Below, piece after piece: positions 22,782-31,911 of a stretch of DNA of 46,957 bases. Origin of the DNA: a virus. The stretch lies in the IMG/VR virus record IMGVR_UViG_3300010376_000015, positions 1-46,957 of that record. The stretch is one strand, 5' to 3'. Under the pieces are notes generated by a model. It saw nothing but the letters and a program-made list of their open reading frames with translations. It was not told the DNA's origin and did no database searches. The translations under genes and the position numbers were made by a program. Position 1 is the first letter of the stretch. Each line of letters begins with the position of its first letter.

Positions 22782-24049
22782 CGATTTCCTAGGCCCATCA
22801 TTCTAGCCATTTCGGCGCCGTTGCCGGTCGGACCGCTAGGACCCCACAGTCCTATCTCCGCCCAGCCAGGCGTCCTCGCGTTCCCCTCCCTTGGAGTGCC
22901 AGTTCCCGTGCGCGAGAGAATCTGACCCGCGCGGAAATGGTCTCCTTCTTTGAGCACAGAATGCGTGTGGCCGATGTATACTTCTCGTCCTCGCCACGGT
23001 CCTGATGTGAATCTGACGACCGGGTAGTTGAAGCCGAAGCCACCGGGGTTATTGAGGGTGTGAACTACTACACCGTCGCCTGGTGCTAAGATGGCCCCAC
23101 CTGTGTTCGTCTGTATGTCCTGGCCCTGGTCTATGCGATTGAGGACGAGCTTAGCGCCGTGTGGGAGGAATCCCCTGAGCTGTGTCTGGCCTACGTGTAC
23201 AGCACCAGGGTGTTCTAGGGGTGTGGCTTCAGTCGGGTGTTCCACGGCTGCGCGTGCTTCCTGTCCCTGTTTGAGTGATTGATCTTCTTCGAAGTGCTGG
23301 CTCATCAAGTCGAAGTTCTTCTGGAGCTGCCCCTCTATAGATTCGTCGTAGTTAGCTTCAGTTTCCGGTTCGTTCGGGAGAGGTTCTTTTTCTTCTTCAC
23401 CGCGCGCAGCCACAGGAGTAATGGACTGGCGTGTGAATTGTCCGGGTTCCGGAGACGTCATCATACCCTGGTTGATGAGGGCTATGAGACCTAAAATGTT
23501 AGGTTCCTGAGGTTTCATGCCAGGTTCTGCTGAAGGGGCTCCCCGACGCACAGCTTCTGCTGCGGCTGAGATTTTCGGAACCACCATGCGACTGGCCCCA
23601 GCCATGAGCTTCGCGCGTTCGCCCCCCAGCTCGTTATAGAGCTGACGGAGTGTGCTGCCTCCGTTGTACCCGCTTGACGCCCAGCCCGAGTTAGCTATCG
23701 CGTTGATCTCTGCGTCTTTGCCTTGACCTGCGGTGTGCAGAATGTTGCGGATACCTGTGGCTGGCGCACCGTATTCGTGTGCTATTCTCCCCTGCCCTCG
23801 CATCCAGTTGGCAGATTCCCGTGCAGCAGACACAGGATTACGCCAGACACTGCTGTGTGCGCCACTTGCCGGGCCTGAGTCAGTGTTAGCGATGTTGAGC
23901 CAGTTGTTGTACCCTTTCCCTTCGTAGTAATGAGCAGCAGAACCGCTCTGCTCGGCAAGCAACCACGAGCCAACGACGCCTGGGTCTAAGCCTGTACCTC
24001 GTGCAAATTCCCGCGCGAACGTCTGCTGATTGGGAGTGAGGAGACTCAT
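22778..24049 (-). CDS. Virion-associated peptidoglycan hydrolase: GH73/FlgJ-like glucosaminidase N-domain plus LytM/M23-like C-domain
   Basis: 423 aa with an ATGA overlap. The N-terminus has 'LLAEQSGSAAHYYEGKGYNNWLNI' and 'NSGWASSGY', which are glucosaminidase-like. The C-terminus has 'GGAILAPGDGVVV...VYIGHTHSVLKEGDHFRAGQILSRTGTG' (M23 beta-barrel), but the H-x-x-x-D and H-x-H zinc ligands are not evident. Confidence 0.5.
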   Translation of the reverse strand: MSLLTPNQQTFAREFARGTGLDPGVVGSWLLAEQSGSAAHYYEGKGYNNWLNIANTDSGPASGAHSSVWRNPVSAARESANWMRGQGRIAHEYGAPATGIRNILHTAGQGKDAEINAIANSGWASSGYNGGSTLRQLYNELGGERAKLMAGASRMVVPKISAAAEAVRRGAPSAEPGMKPQEPNILGLIALINQGMMTSPEPGQFTRQSITPVAARGEEEKEPLPNEPETEANYDESIEGQLQKNFDLMSQHFEEDQSLKQGQEARAAVEHPTEATPLEHPGAVHVGQTQLRGFLPHGAKLVLNRIDQGQDIQTNTGGAILAPGDGVVVHTLNNPGGFGFNYPVVRFTSGPWRGREVYIGHTHSVLKEGDHFRAGQILSRTGTGTPREGNARTPGWAEIGLWGPSGPTGNGAEMARMMGLGNR

Positions 24050-27000
24050 TCAGGTTCTTCGCGCTTCGCCTGTTCCTTGGCGATAGTTTTAGGATTCTTT
24101 TTCTGAGCTTCAAGGATAGACTTGAGCAGATTCGTCTGGTATTTCCCGAGGTCGATCGTCCGGGGCTGCACCCCAAACTCCTGCTCGAGGCCAGATACCA
24201 AGTTGCCACCTTTGCGTGAAACAGGATTGACACCGATAGGTTTCTCATCGAATAGTGGGATAGATTCGGGAAAGACGGGATTACCGTGTGTAGCTCCAAG
24301 CTCAATCGCCCTGATCTCCGGGAACTCACGCAGCAATGTCCCGATGAACCGCTGTGGAGCATGGACAGCGAAGATCCCAGGTGCCTCTGTACCTTCCGCT
24401 ACATTGATGAGGTTCCCGTATCTGTCGGATTCGTACCCTGATTCCGGGGACACACGCTCCAAACCACCTGTCAACGGGTCAATGCCGTACGCAGCGAGGC
24501 CAGCCTGTAGAAGGGGTGAAACTTGCCCCATGCGGATTACACCTTGGAACATGCCTTCTTTACCCAGGGGGTTAGCTACATCTGCGAACGGATTGAGACC
24601 GTACAGATTGATGTAGCGGGCTTTGGACATATCGCCATGATTGAGCCACAGTGCATTCTCGAGGTAATTGGGGATGGTGCCCATGTTCTGGTCGACCTCT
24701 TCTTGACCGAGGTTCCCGAGCATGTGTATAGCGGCTGTGCGTCCCGGATAATTCAGCGGCATCTTCCACACGAACTTTGAGATGAACTTGTACCATCCCC
24801 AGAATGGGAGAGCGACCTTGATGATTCTCCGCTCCCAGGGACTCATCTCGCCGAACGTGTAACTCACGTTACTGAGTTGGTCGAAGGCGTCCTCGATCAG
24901 ATTCGGATGCTGTAGAACCTCGTTCGTCCAGTTGGGATCGAGCACAGCATCGATGTTCTGGCGGTTCCAGAACCCTCCTGGATGATCGAACTCCCTTCCC
25001 AGATTCGCCATGTCCTGTTTGGCCATCACGTCGAGCTTGCGGAAGAAGATCGCACGGCGTTGGAAGTTGGTGATCGTATGGACGTTGCGCCCAATGAATC
25101 TAGCCCAGGGGTTCTGATTGACTTTGCCACGCCCAATTTCCGCCATCTCCTGCGTCATCTGACCACCCTGATTGACCCCGGGCGGAAGCTCTTTCGGTGG
25201 ATTGAGAACCTCATCTCCGTATTTTTTCCCGAACATCAATCTATCCATGATTCCTGGAGCTATCGTCTTGCCCTCTTGTGGGTAACGTAGCGCAGCAAAC
25301 CAGTGCCTAGGATTGAGTGTCCCATCGACGAGGGCAATGATGCCGTGTCCGATAGTTGTACGAAGCAACCAAGCAGGACTCAGTTGGAGTTGCATGTACT
25401 TCCAGCGACTCAACACCCACGAGAACGCTCGTGTGGCCGCATTGCCTTGCTCTGCGATCTTCATATGGTCAAGCATAGTCTTGACAAAGTTCACGGGGAG
25501 AGCCACACCTTGCCCGTATCGTGGCCCCTTTGTTCCTAACTCGTCTCGCTCGCCCGCGACAAATTCCTGTGCTCGCTCATCCGCAAGGTCCTCCATAGCG
25601 CGAGCCATCTCTTGAGGACTTTTGTTGCTCGTGAGAATCTCAGCGACGTCCCCCTCGAGCTCAGCAGCTGTGCGGAAAAAGTTACGATACATGTTGACTG
25701 GAACCACCATCCATCGAGAAGCTGCCTCTGGCCCTATATGATTCTCAAGATCTTTCTGCCCATTCCACCATCTGATGTTGCCATCCTCACCCTTGAGACC
25801 GAGTCGTTCGATGACTGGGTCACTGAGCTTCTTTTGGAGAATGTCACGGATGATCTGGAAGTGTGTGCGGGCGATCATTTCCGGATCAACGCGCATGGTT
25901 CCGTTGAGAAAGTCGGTGTAGTCCGCGTCCTTGGTATACGCCATCTTGGGACCGATAGTCGCCATGGCCGCATTGATGTCTCGCGGACGAAAGGGTCTAG
26001 CGAACTCGTGGTATACGGGTGCCTCCTCGCCCAGTTGCCTCTGTTTCAGAAGGCGCTCAAGTGGTTTCTCAGCAGGGACCCCGAACTTCATGCCGTATCC
26101 ACCCTGCGAGTGGAAGTACGAGGGCATTATCTCACCCAATTCCTCGCCAAGTGGTATCCCTCGCGCGAACGCTTGTGCTTGCTCCTCGGGCATCCCCATG
26201 AAATGCTGCATTCCAACAGCCATCTTCTCGAACATGGTTTTGCCTGGAAGATAATCAGAGCCTTGGCTGCGCGCAATCACTCCACCCTTCTCATCTCTCA
26301 GGTCTTCGCCGAAGGATTTGAGTGTTTTTTCTACGACGTCTAGCTTCGTCTGAGGGTCGCCGAAGGGAATCATATCCGCTAGATCTTGTGACGTTGGCAA
26401 CTCGCCGGGCGCTATTTCCTCCGCATTCTTCGGTCTTAGGAATGCATCTTCAACCTGTTGTAGTCCCTTGGCGAAGCGATTATCGAGTTTCTGGCCCTCA
26501 GGAAGCTCGTGCGCCACTTCCTCGATTGTCTTGCCACTAAGAACTGAGAAGGGCCCAAATGCTGCTCGCTCCGACGTCTCGGGAGACACACCACGACGTC
26601 TGAATTCCTCCATGAGCATACGGGACTGTTGCAACTCCATGCGGCGCATGTTGTAAGCCATGCGTCTCATATCGTCTGTAGGTTCCAGTACGAGCTTCCT
26701 GAATTCCGGGTCCTGATACAGGGTGTTCGCCCTCCACTTCGCAGCTGCCTCTTCCTGCGGAGCAATTTTCGGATCGTCAGGATTGGCGAGCACATCCATG
26801 TTCTGGTTGATCTGATTGCTGTACTCGTCTAGCTTCTCAGTCGTGTTGATTCCTCGCGCGCGGAGGTACATGGCCTCGAATTGATACTGATACCCCTTCT
26901 GTGTGAGAGTTTTGGCCTTCATTTCCCGAACGGATTTGAGAAAGTCTTGGACAGGGCCAGGTTTCGTGAACTGCTCCGTCGTCCCCGCTTCGAGACGTGC

Positions 27001-27843
27001 GCGGGCACGGTTCCCGAGTCTGCGTGCCTGATAGTCAAATCTCAGCTCTGCAGGTGTAGTAGACGTGAATGGGATTTTAGTGCTGCCCACACGTTGCATC
27101 AGGGCGTCGATGGGCTTCTGCACGGCGAAGCGTGTGAACGGGTTGGTGGAGTAATAGCGTGGGATCTCACCTGCTTTGACCGCTGTGCCTGGCCTGAATC
27201 CTTCCGCTACCTTCTCTCCCACACTTGGAGACTCAAGACTTGGCCTAGCGACCTCACCAGCTTTCGCTATCTTGGAAATGAGTCTGCTTGTTGCCCCTGC
27301 GCGCTCAGCCACACCTGCTGCTTTGACTGCAGCTGAACTTCCCCCAGATGCGAGCGCTGCTATGTTTAGCAGAGCTTCTATCGGGTGTTCGGTCGGGTGT
27401 GTGGTCGTCTCATAGATTTGCTTCGCCTGAGCGCCCACTAATTTGGCCTCAGCGCCAGGTTTACCCTGATAGAATTCTCCTGCAGCCTTACCGAGGGTCA
27501 GGAGTCCCTCAGGAACTTTCCCAAAGCTACTAACGATCTGACCTGTTTCTTTAGCGGCTGTACCTGCCAAATGACCAAGGAAGCCAAATACACCGCCAGA
27601 ACCCCCGGGCGCGTGGGGTTTGAGAGACTGCCCTAGTAGGGCAGCATCAGATGCAGACAGAGATTGAGGCTTGATCTTCCCTGAAGCCACACCTGCCCGC
27701 AACGTAGCCCGGCGTTCGCCTTCCGCTCGTGTGGCTGCGTTTTGGGCTGCGAGTCCTCCGAGGGTTTCCCCGGACTGCTTCGCTATCGATGCGCCAAGGA
27801 GAGCAGCATTGTAGAGCTGCTGAGTTGCTTCGTTGACGGCCAC
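24046..27843 (-). CDS. Large internal virion / ejection-type protein (1265 aa)
   Basis: Largest ORF, with a GTG start after AAGAGG. It lies in the podovirus-style block between the head genes and the wall hydrolase. No catalytic motif recognised. Confidence 0.6.
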   Translation of the reverse strand: MAVNEATQQLYNAALLGASIAKQSGETLGGLAAQNAATRAEGERRATLRAGVASGKIKPQSLSASDAALLGQSLKPHAPGGSGGVFGFLGHLAGTAAKETGQIVSSFGKVPEGLLTLGKAAGEFYQGKPGAEAKLVGAQAKQIYETTTHPTEHPIEALLNIAALASGGSSAAVKAAGVAERAGATSRLISKIAKAGEVARPSLESPSVGEKVAEGFRPGTAVKAGEIPRYYSTNPFTRFAVQKPIDALMQRVGSTKIPFTSTTPAELRFDYQARRLGNRARARLEAGTTEQFTKPGPVQDFLKSVREMKAKTLTQKGYQYQFEAMYLRARGINTTEKLDEYSNQINQNMDVLANPDDPKIAPQEEAAAKWRANTLYQDPEFRKLVLEPTDDMRRMAYNMRRMELQQSRMLMEEFRRRGVSPETSERAAFGPFSVLSGKTIEEVAHELPEGQKLDNRFAKGLQQVEDAFLRPKNAEEIAPGELPTSQDLADMIPFGDPQTKLDVVEKTLKSFGEDLRDEKGGVIARSQGSDYLPGKTMFEKMAVGMQHFMGMPEEQAQAFARGIPLGEELGEIMPSYFHSQGGYGMKFGVPAEKPLERLLKQRQLGEEAPVYHEFARPFRPRDINAAMATIGPKMAYTKDADYTDFLNGTMRVDPEMIARTHFQIIRDILQKKLSDPVIERLGLKGEDGNIRWWNGQKDLENHIGPEAASRWMVVPVNMYRNFFRTAAELEGDVAEILTSNKSPQEMARAMEDLADERAQEFVAGERDELGTKGPRYGQGVALPVNFVKTMLDHMKIAEQGNAATRAFSWVLSRWKYMQLQLSPAWLLRTTIGHGIIALVDGTLNPRHWFAALRYPQEGKTIAPGIMDRLMFGKKYGDEVLNPPKELPPGVNQGGQMTQEMAEIGRGKVNQNPWARFIGRNVHTITNFQRRAIFFRKLDVMAKQDMANLGREFDHPGGFWNRQNIDAVLDPNWTNEVLQHPNLIEDAFDQLSNVSYTFGEMSPWERRIIKVALPFWGWYKFISKFVWKMPLNYPGRTAAIHMLGNLGQEEVDQNMGTIPNYLENALWLNHGDMSKARYINLYGLNPFADVANPLGKEGMFQGVIRMGQVSPLLQAGLAAYGIDPLTGGLERVSPESGYESDRYGNLINVAEGTEAPGIFAVHAPQRFIGTLLREFPEIRAIELGATHGNPVFPESIPLFDEKPIGVNPVSRKGGNLVSGLEQEFGVQPRTIDLGKYQTNLLKSILEAQKKNPKTIAKEQAKREEPE

Positions 27844-27846
27844 AAC

Positions 27847-29340
27847 TTATTTACCTCTTGCCGCATTGACAAGGGTTCCGGCGAGTTTCTTGCCGACGTT
27901 CGGACCAAGCGCCCTCGCAGAACCGGGTGCATACTTGCCCCTGTGGTAGAACGCTTCTTCGTGTTCGTCTGCGAAGACTTTGAAGTACCCACCTGCCGTA
28001 CGCAGCAGACGGAACGCTTCGGGAGCGTGCAGACCATAGGCCTGAGTAAGCGTGGTGTAGGCCTGCATCGCGTTCCGTCGATAGGGCACCATGTTTTTTT
28101 CTTGGTGAGCTTTCTGTTCGGCCTTGTTGTATCCAGGACCTTCGCGGAATTCGCTCTTTGGATTGAACTTGACGTAGTTCGTGAACCACGAAGTCGCCGC
28201 CTGCCATTGTTTGGCGCGTAGCTGAGCTTCTTTTTCTGCGCGTTTCTGGCCTGCGGATTCGTTGGCGATTGCGGCTTTCTCTGCCGCGATTTCCTTCTTG
28301 GCTCGGTTGGATTCTGCGGCAATTTCGCGGGATGCCCTGTTCCGTTCGTTGGCCGCAGACGCACGTTCCTTCGCGGCTTCGCCGAGGGCTGCTTTGTATG
28401 TCCCTTCGATGCCCAGCTTCTGGGACGCGAGTTCGCGCTCGAGACGTGTGGACGCCCTGTTGAGTTCCTCCTTCGAGAGAGCTTCCTGTGCCTTGGCCAC
28501 ATCTGCTGGGATCTCTTTGGTGACCCCTGCTCGCTCTTCGGTGATTTTGGCGAGGGCCTTGGTAAGAGCGTCTCGCTCAGTGATCTGGAAGTTTTTGAGC
28601 CCGGCAGACGGAGCGTTCGCTGCGTTCTGCGCGAGCTCATTGACGATGCCCGTCTGTTGGGCGGCTATGTTGCCCTGAGTCAGATTGGACTCTGCGAGAG
28701 CTGCGTTCATGTATGCAGATTGATCGGCGACTTGGGGCAAGCCGGCGATGGGACTGGTAAGGGCAGCTTGTAGTGCCTGTTGGGATTGGGTTGTACCTGC
28801 CTGCTGACGGGACGCAATTTCAGCCATAGCAGCCTGAGCACGCTGCATCGCTGCTTGAGCTTGTTCTCCGTATTGCTTGTAGATCTGCTGTGCGTCTGTT
28901 TCTCTGGCCTGCGATAGATTCCGCTGCCCAATTTCTTCTTCTTTGAGCTGCGTCATCTTCGGTTCGTATGTGGACTTCGCGAGGTTCTGTACTCCCTGGT
29001 TGAACTGAGCTTGGGTCTTGAACTGGGGTTCCCAGGGGTTGTATGCAGGACTCTTTGCGGGCGCCTTCTTGGGTGCAGCCTTCGCAGCAGGTCTCCCTGG
29101 TTGCTTGGGGACGCCCGTAGGCGTCACGCGCGGCTTCGTTACACGCGCGGGCGTGGTAGGGTTACGTGGACCCTTTGCTATCCTCGTGGGCTGATTGGTG
29201 CGTGGGACACGCCCTCCTCCTGGAGCACGGCTGCCACCTCCTGCACCGACTTGACCCGGCGTGGTTCCGGTCGTGTTGAAACTTCCGGCTCCGGGTATCT
29301 TGAGGGGCTTCGCCTTTGCGGCTTCAGCTACGATTGCCAT
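27847..29340 (-). CDS. Coiled-coil internal virion protein (497 aa)
   Basis: TAATG overlap. Basic Pro/Gly-rich N-terminus, then long Ala/Gln/Glu/Lys heptad-like segments. Confidence 0.6.
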   Translation of the reverse strand: MAIVAEAAKAKPLKIPGAGSFNTTGTTPGQVGAGGGSRAPGGGRVPRTNQPTRIAKGPRNPTTPARVTKPRVTPTGVPKQPGRPAAKAAPKKAPAKSPAYNPWEPQFKTQAQFNQGVQNLAKSTYEPKMTQLKEEEIGQRNLSQARETDAQQIYKQYGEQAQAAMQRAQAAMAEIASRQQAGTTQSQQALQAALTSPIAGLPQVADQSAYMNAALAESNLTQGNIAAQQTGIVNELAQNAANAPSAGLKNFQITERDALTKALAKITEERAGVTKEIPADVAKAQEALSKEELNRASTRLERELASQKLGIEGTYKAALGEAAKERASAANERNRASREIAAESNRAKKEIAAEKAAIANESAGQKRAEKEAQLRAKQWQAATSWFTNYVKFNPKSEFREGPGYNKAEQKAHQEKNMVPYRRNAMQAYTTLTQAYGLHAPEAFRLLRTAGGYFKVFADEHEEAFYHRGKYAPGSARALGPNVGKKLAGTLVNAARGK

Positions 29341-30418
29341 TACCCGTACACTTTCTTCCGTGCGGCCATTTGTTTTTCTCTTACTGCGGGGTTACGGGAC
29401 CATTTTATTGTACCAATTCCCGCCTGTTCAGCTTGAGCTTCCCTCACGTATGGATCCCTCGACCATGCGATGTTCTGCGATGCTGGATTCGCTATCGGAG
29501 TGGTCGGGAGCTTCTTTTCCGCTTGTTCCGCTTCTTCGACGCGCTTCTGTTCCTGCGCGCGGTTGAAAGCGATCTGAGCTTTGGCGATGAGGTCGTCTGC
29601 TTCCCTGACGGCTTTTTCGTAGTTGTCTTTAGCTTCTAGATCTGCTCTTGCCTGCCCAGCAGCGATGAGGTTCTTTCCTTCGCCAAACAGTGAGGACTCA
29701 ATGGTTCCTGCTGCACCACGAGCTGCAGTTTCACCCCTTAGCGCCTTTTCTGCGGCCAGTTGTGCTTTCGCTAGAGCTGAGTCTGGCCCACCTGAGTACG
29801 CATATGCAGCTTCCGCGATCTTTCTGTTGGCTTCATTGATTTCCTGATTCTCTGTGTTTTCCGCTGCGTTGACCCCGGTAACAGACTTGAGGGTGGGTTC
29901 GAGATATGCGGTAGGTGCGGGAGCAGGAGTCACTACCGGCGCTACAGGAGCAGCCACACCTCCTGTCGGCCCGACTACTGTGCCAGGTGCAGGAGCAGGT
30001 GCTGGCGCAGGACTTGGTGCAGGGGTTCCGCCGTTGTCGCTGCTGCTGGTGCTGCTGCCGCTGCAGCTTTTGGTGCGGGGGCCGAAGTAGGAGCAGGCGC
30101 AGGAGGAGTTCCCACGGGCGCAGTGGCTGCCGGTGCTGCAGCTGTCTGTGCTTTTGGAGCCGCTGTTGCGGTCTGCTGTTGAGGAGGCGTTGTAGGAGGT
30201 ATTGCAGCTTTCGCAGTTGCAGGAGTGATGCCTTTGACTCCTACTTCTCCGCCAGGTGGGATGGGTTTGCCTTTGGCTTGGTTGTCCGATAGCTGTTGCT
30301 GCGCCGCAGTCATGATCCGAGGCGACGCGAAGCTCGGGGCGTGTGTGGCTTCTGTTGGGGCTCTGGGAGCTTCCTGGGGAAGTTTTTCTCTGAGTTGCGT
30401 GGGAATTGCAGCTGCCAT
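29340..30418 (-). CDS. Ala/Pro-rich virion protein that needs a -1 frame change (or one extra base) near 30020-30045
   Basis: ATG 30418 (TAATG overlap) opens a natural-looking frame, 'MAAAIPTQLREKLPQEAP...', that stops at 29975. The -1 frame carries the natural-looking C-terminal two thirds down to 29340. The length of 1079 nt is not a multiple of 3. Confidence 0.5.
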
Positions 30419-31086
30419 TATTGCGGCCACCAGGAGTAAGGTTGCGTGTCACCGTAGCCCATTGTGTCGGCCACAGTTGCTGGTTCGTCGAGCTCCATTT
30501 CTGCGTACTTCCACTTCAGTTTGGTCATAAGATTGTCGTATTCCGCCTGAAGAGCCTTTGCCCGTTCCTCCTCGTTCTCCGCGTTGAGTGCGATAACTGC
30601 GGCCCGCAGAACGATGGGGAATTGAGCTTGGAGAGGCCAGAAAGCACCAGCCGTTTGTGGGACAGTGCTAGGTTCACGGAGAGGTTCAGTTTCTTCCTGA
30701 ACCATCGCCGTGATTTCGATGGGCGATTCAGGGATCCTCCAGAATTTGATCTGCATGTTGCTGTACCCCATCTTGACGATGGTATACAGCTCAGTCTTTC
30801 CTTTTTCCTTGGGTTCCCTGATGTCTCGCTCGAATCTGTGCCACTCGTAGTAACGGTACTTGTAGATGTTGGTTTCGTCTTTGATGGTGACGATCTTGAT
30901 TACTCCACCCTGTGGCGAGTAGATCTCTTCACCGGCTTTGATGTTCCACGTTTCCTTCGTATAGAGCCAAGGCCAGTCATGCTCCATCTCTACGTCCCGC
31001 ATCCCAGCTTCGAGCCACTGCTTGAGAGGGTCTTTCGAGTCGAAGCCGTACCGTTTGAGCAGGGTTTCCATTTCTTCGCGAGTCAT
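30418..31086 (-). CDS. Possible head-tail adaptor / tail tubular protein A-like (222 aa)
   Basis: ATGA overlap. Its size, its position after the head genes and 'HDWPWLYTKETWNIKAGEEIY' loosely recall T7 gp11-type proteins. Weak call. Confidence 0.3.
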   Translation of the reverse strand: MTREEMETLLKRYGFDSKDPLKQWLEAGMRDVEMEHDWPWLYTKETWNIKAGEEIYSPQGGVIKIVTIKDETNIYKYRYYEWHRFERDIREPKEKGKTELYTIVKMGYSNMQIKFWRIPESPIEITAMVQEETEPLREPSTVPQTAGAFWPLQAQFPIVLRAAVIALNAENEEERAKALQAEYDNLMTKLKWKYAEMELDEPATVADTMGYGDTQPYSWWPQ

Positions 31087-31544
31087 CGTCCTGCCCCTGC
31101 CTTCTCGTTCCTCATCGATGGTCCGAAGAAGAACTGATTGACGGGAAGCACAACATCCTTCAGCGAGTGTTCGAGACGTTCAAGGGGTTCTCCTATCGTC
31201 TCAGAGAATGCGTGGTCCTTGTCGCGCTCAGCCTTGTCCGACTCTTTCTCGAGCTTGTCCGCTATATCCCCTTGCGCGTGCGCGGCCGCGTCAATTCGTT
31301 GGAGCTTATCGAGAACGTGTGGCCCGAGGGCTTTCGTGGTCATCACCAGACGTTCGGCGCCATCTTGGCATTTCTCCACGATAACCCACTCCAGCTCGCA
31401 GGTATCGAAGTAGCATTCCAACACGCCAGGCCAACGCGCGTGAATCTCATCCTTGATCGATAGCACGTCGGGACCCTCCGTAATGAGGCGTCCGCGGTTG
31501 GCATCGAAGTAGGAGAGACCCCCGCGCGCTGGTTGACGTTTCAT
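31083..31544 (-). CDS. Hypothetical virion-module protein (153 aa)
   Basis: ORF in an operon with the capsid genes, starting 2 nt after the upstream stop. Confidence 0.6.
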   Translation of the reverse strand: MKRQPARGGLSYFDANRGRLITEGPDVLSIKDEIHARWPGVLECYFDTCELEWVIVEKCQDGAERLVMTTKALGPHVLDKLQRIDAAAHAQGDIADKLEKESDKAERDKDHAFSETIGEPLERLEHSLKDVVLPVNQFFFGPSMRNEKAGAGR

Positions 31545-31545
31545 G

Positions 31546-31905
31546 CTAGCTCCCGATGCAGAAGAGCCTAACTGCGGCTCCTGTGACTCCTGCTGGTAAC
31601 GCCCCGGCTGGGAGTTCTTCGAGTTTCCCTTTCAGAGCCGCACCCGTCTGGTAGATCTGCAGCTTCCCGTTGCTGTAGTTCCAGTTGAGCACGTATCCTT
31701 CCGTGTTACCCGAAACGTCCACATAGTCGATGGCGTTGACTCCGAGCTGCCTGAGGATCGCTTCAATTTCCCCAAGCAGCCCTGTTTCTCCACCGGCGGT
31801 GTAGTTCCCCGAGAATTTCAGGCGCCCAGCAATCGTCCACTTGTCTCCAGTGGCGTGTGGCCTGAGGACACCTTCCTCCGCGAGGGGTTCCAGGACAACT
31901 GTCAT
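31546..31905 (-). CDS. Hypothetical virion-module protein (119 aa)
   Basis: ORF immediately downstream of the major capsid gene. Confidence 0.6.
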   Translation of the reverse strand: MTVVLEPLAEEGVLRPHATGDKWTIAGRLKFSGNYTAGGETGLLGEIEAILRQLGVNAIDYVDVSGNTEGYVLNWNYSNGKLQIYQTGAALKGKLEELPAGALPAGVTGAAVRLFCIGS

Positions 31906-31911
31906 GGGGCA

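Noticed and set aside
27783-28640. 285-aa alternative-frame ORF inside the 497-aa coiled-coil gene
   Set aside because: It is on the same strand but off-frame, with Arg/Ser/Pro-rich nonsense composition. The 497-aa frame is coupled (TAATG) to its neighbour.
29340-30452. The 370-aa track ORF taken at face value
   Set aside because: Its N-terminal ~140 aa are Ser/Cys/Arg-rich and look off-frame. The overlapping frame from ATG 30418 is natural and translationally coupled. I therefore replaced it with a frame-switch model (see findings).
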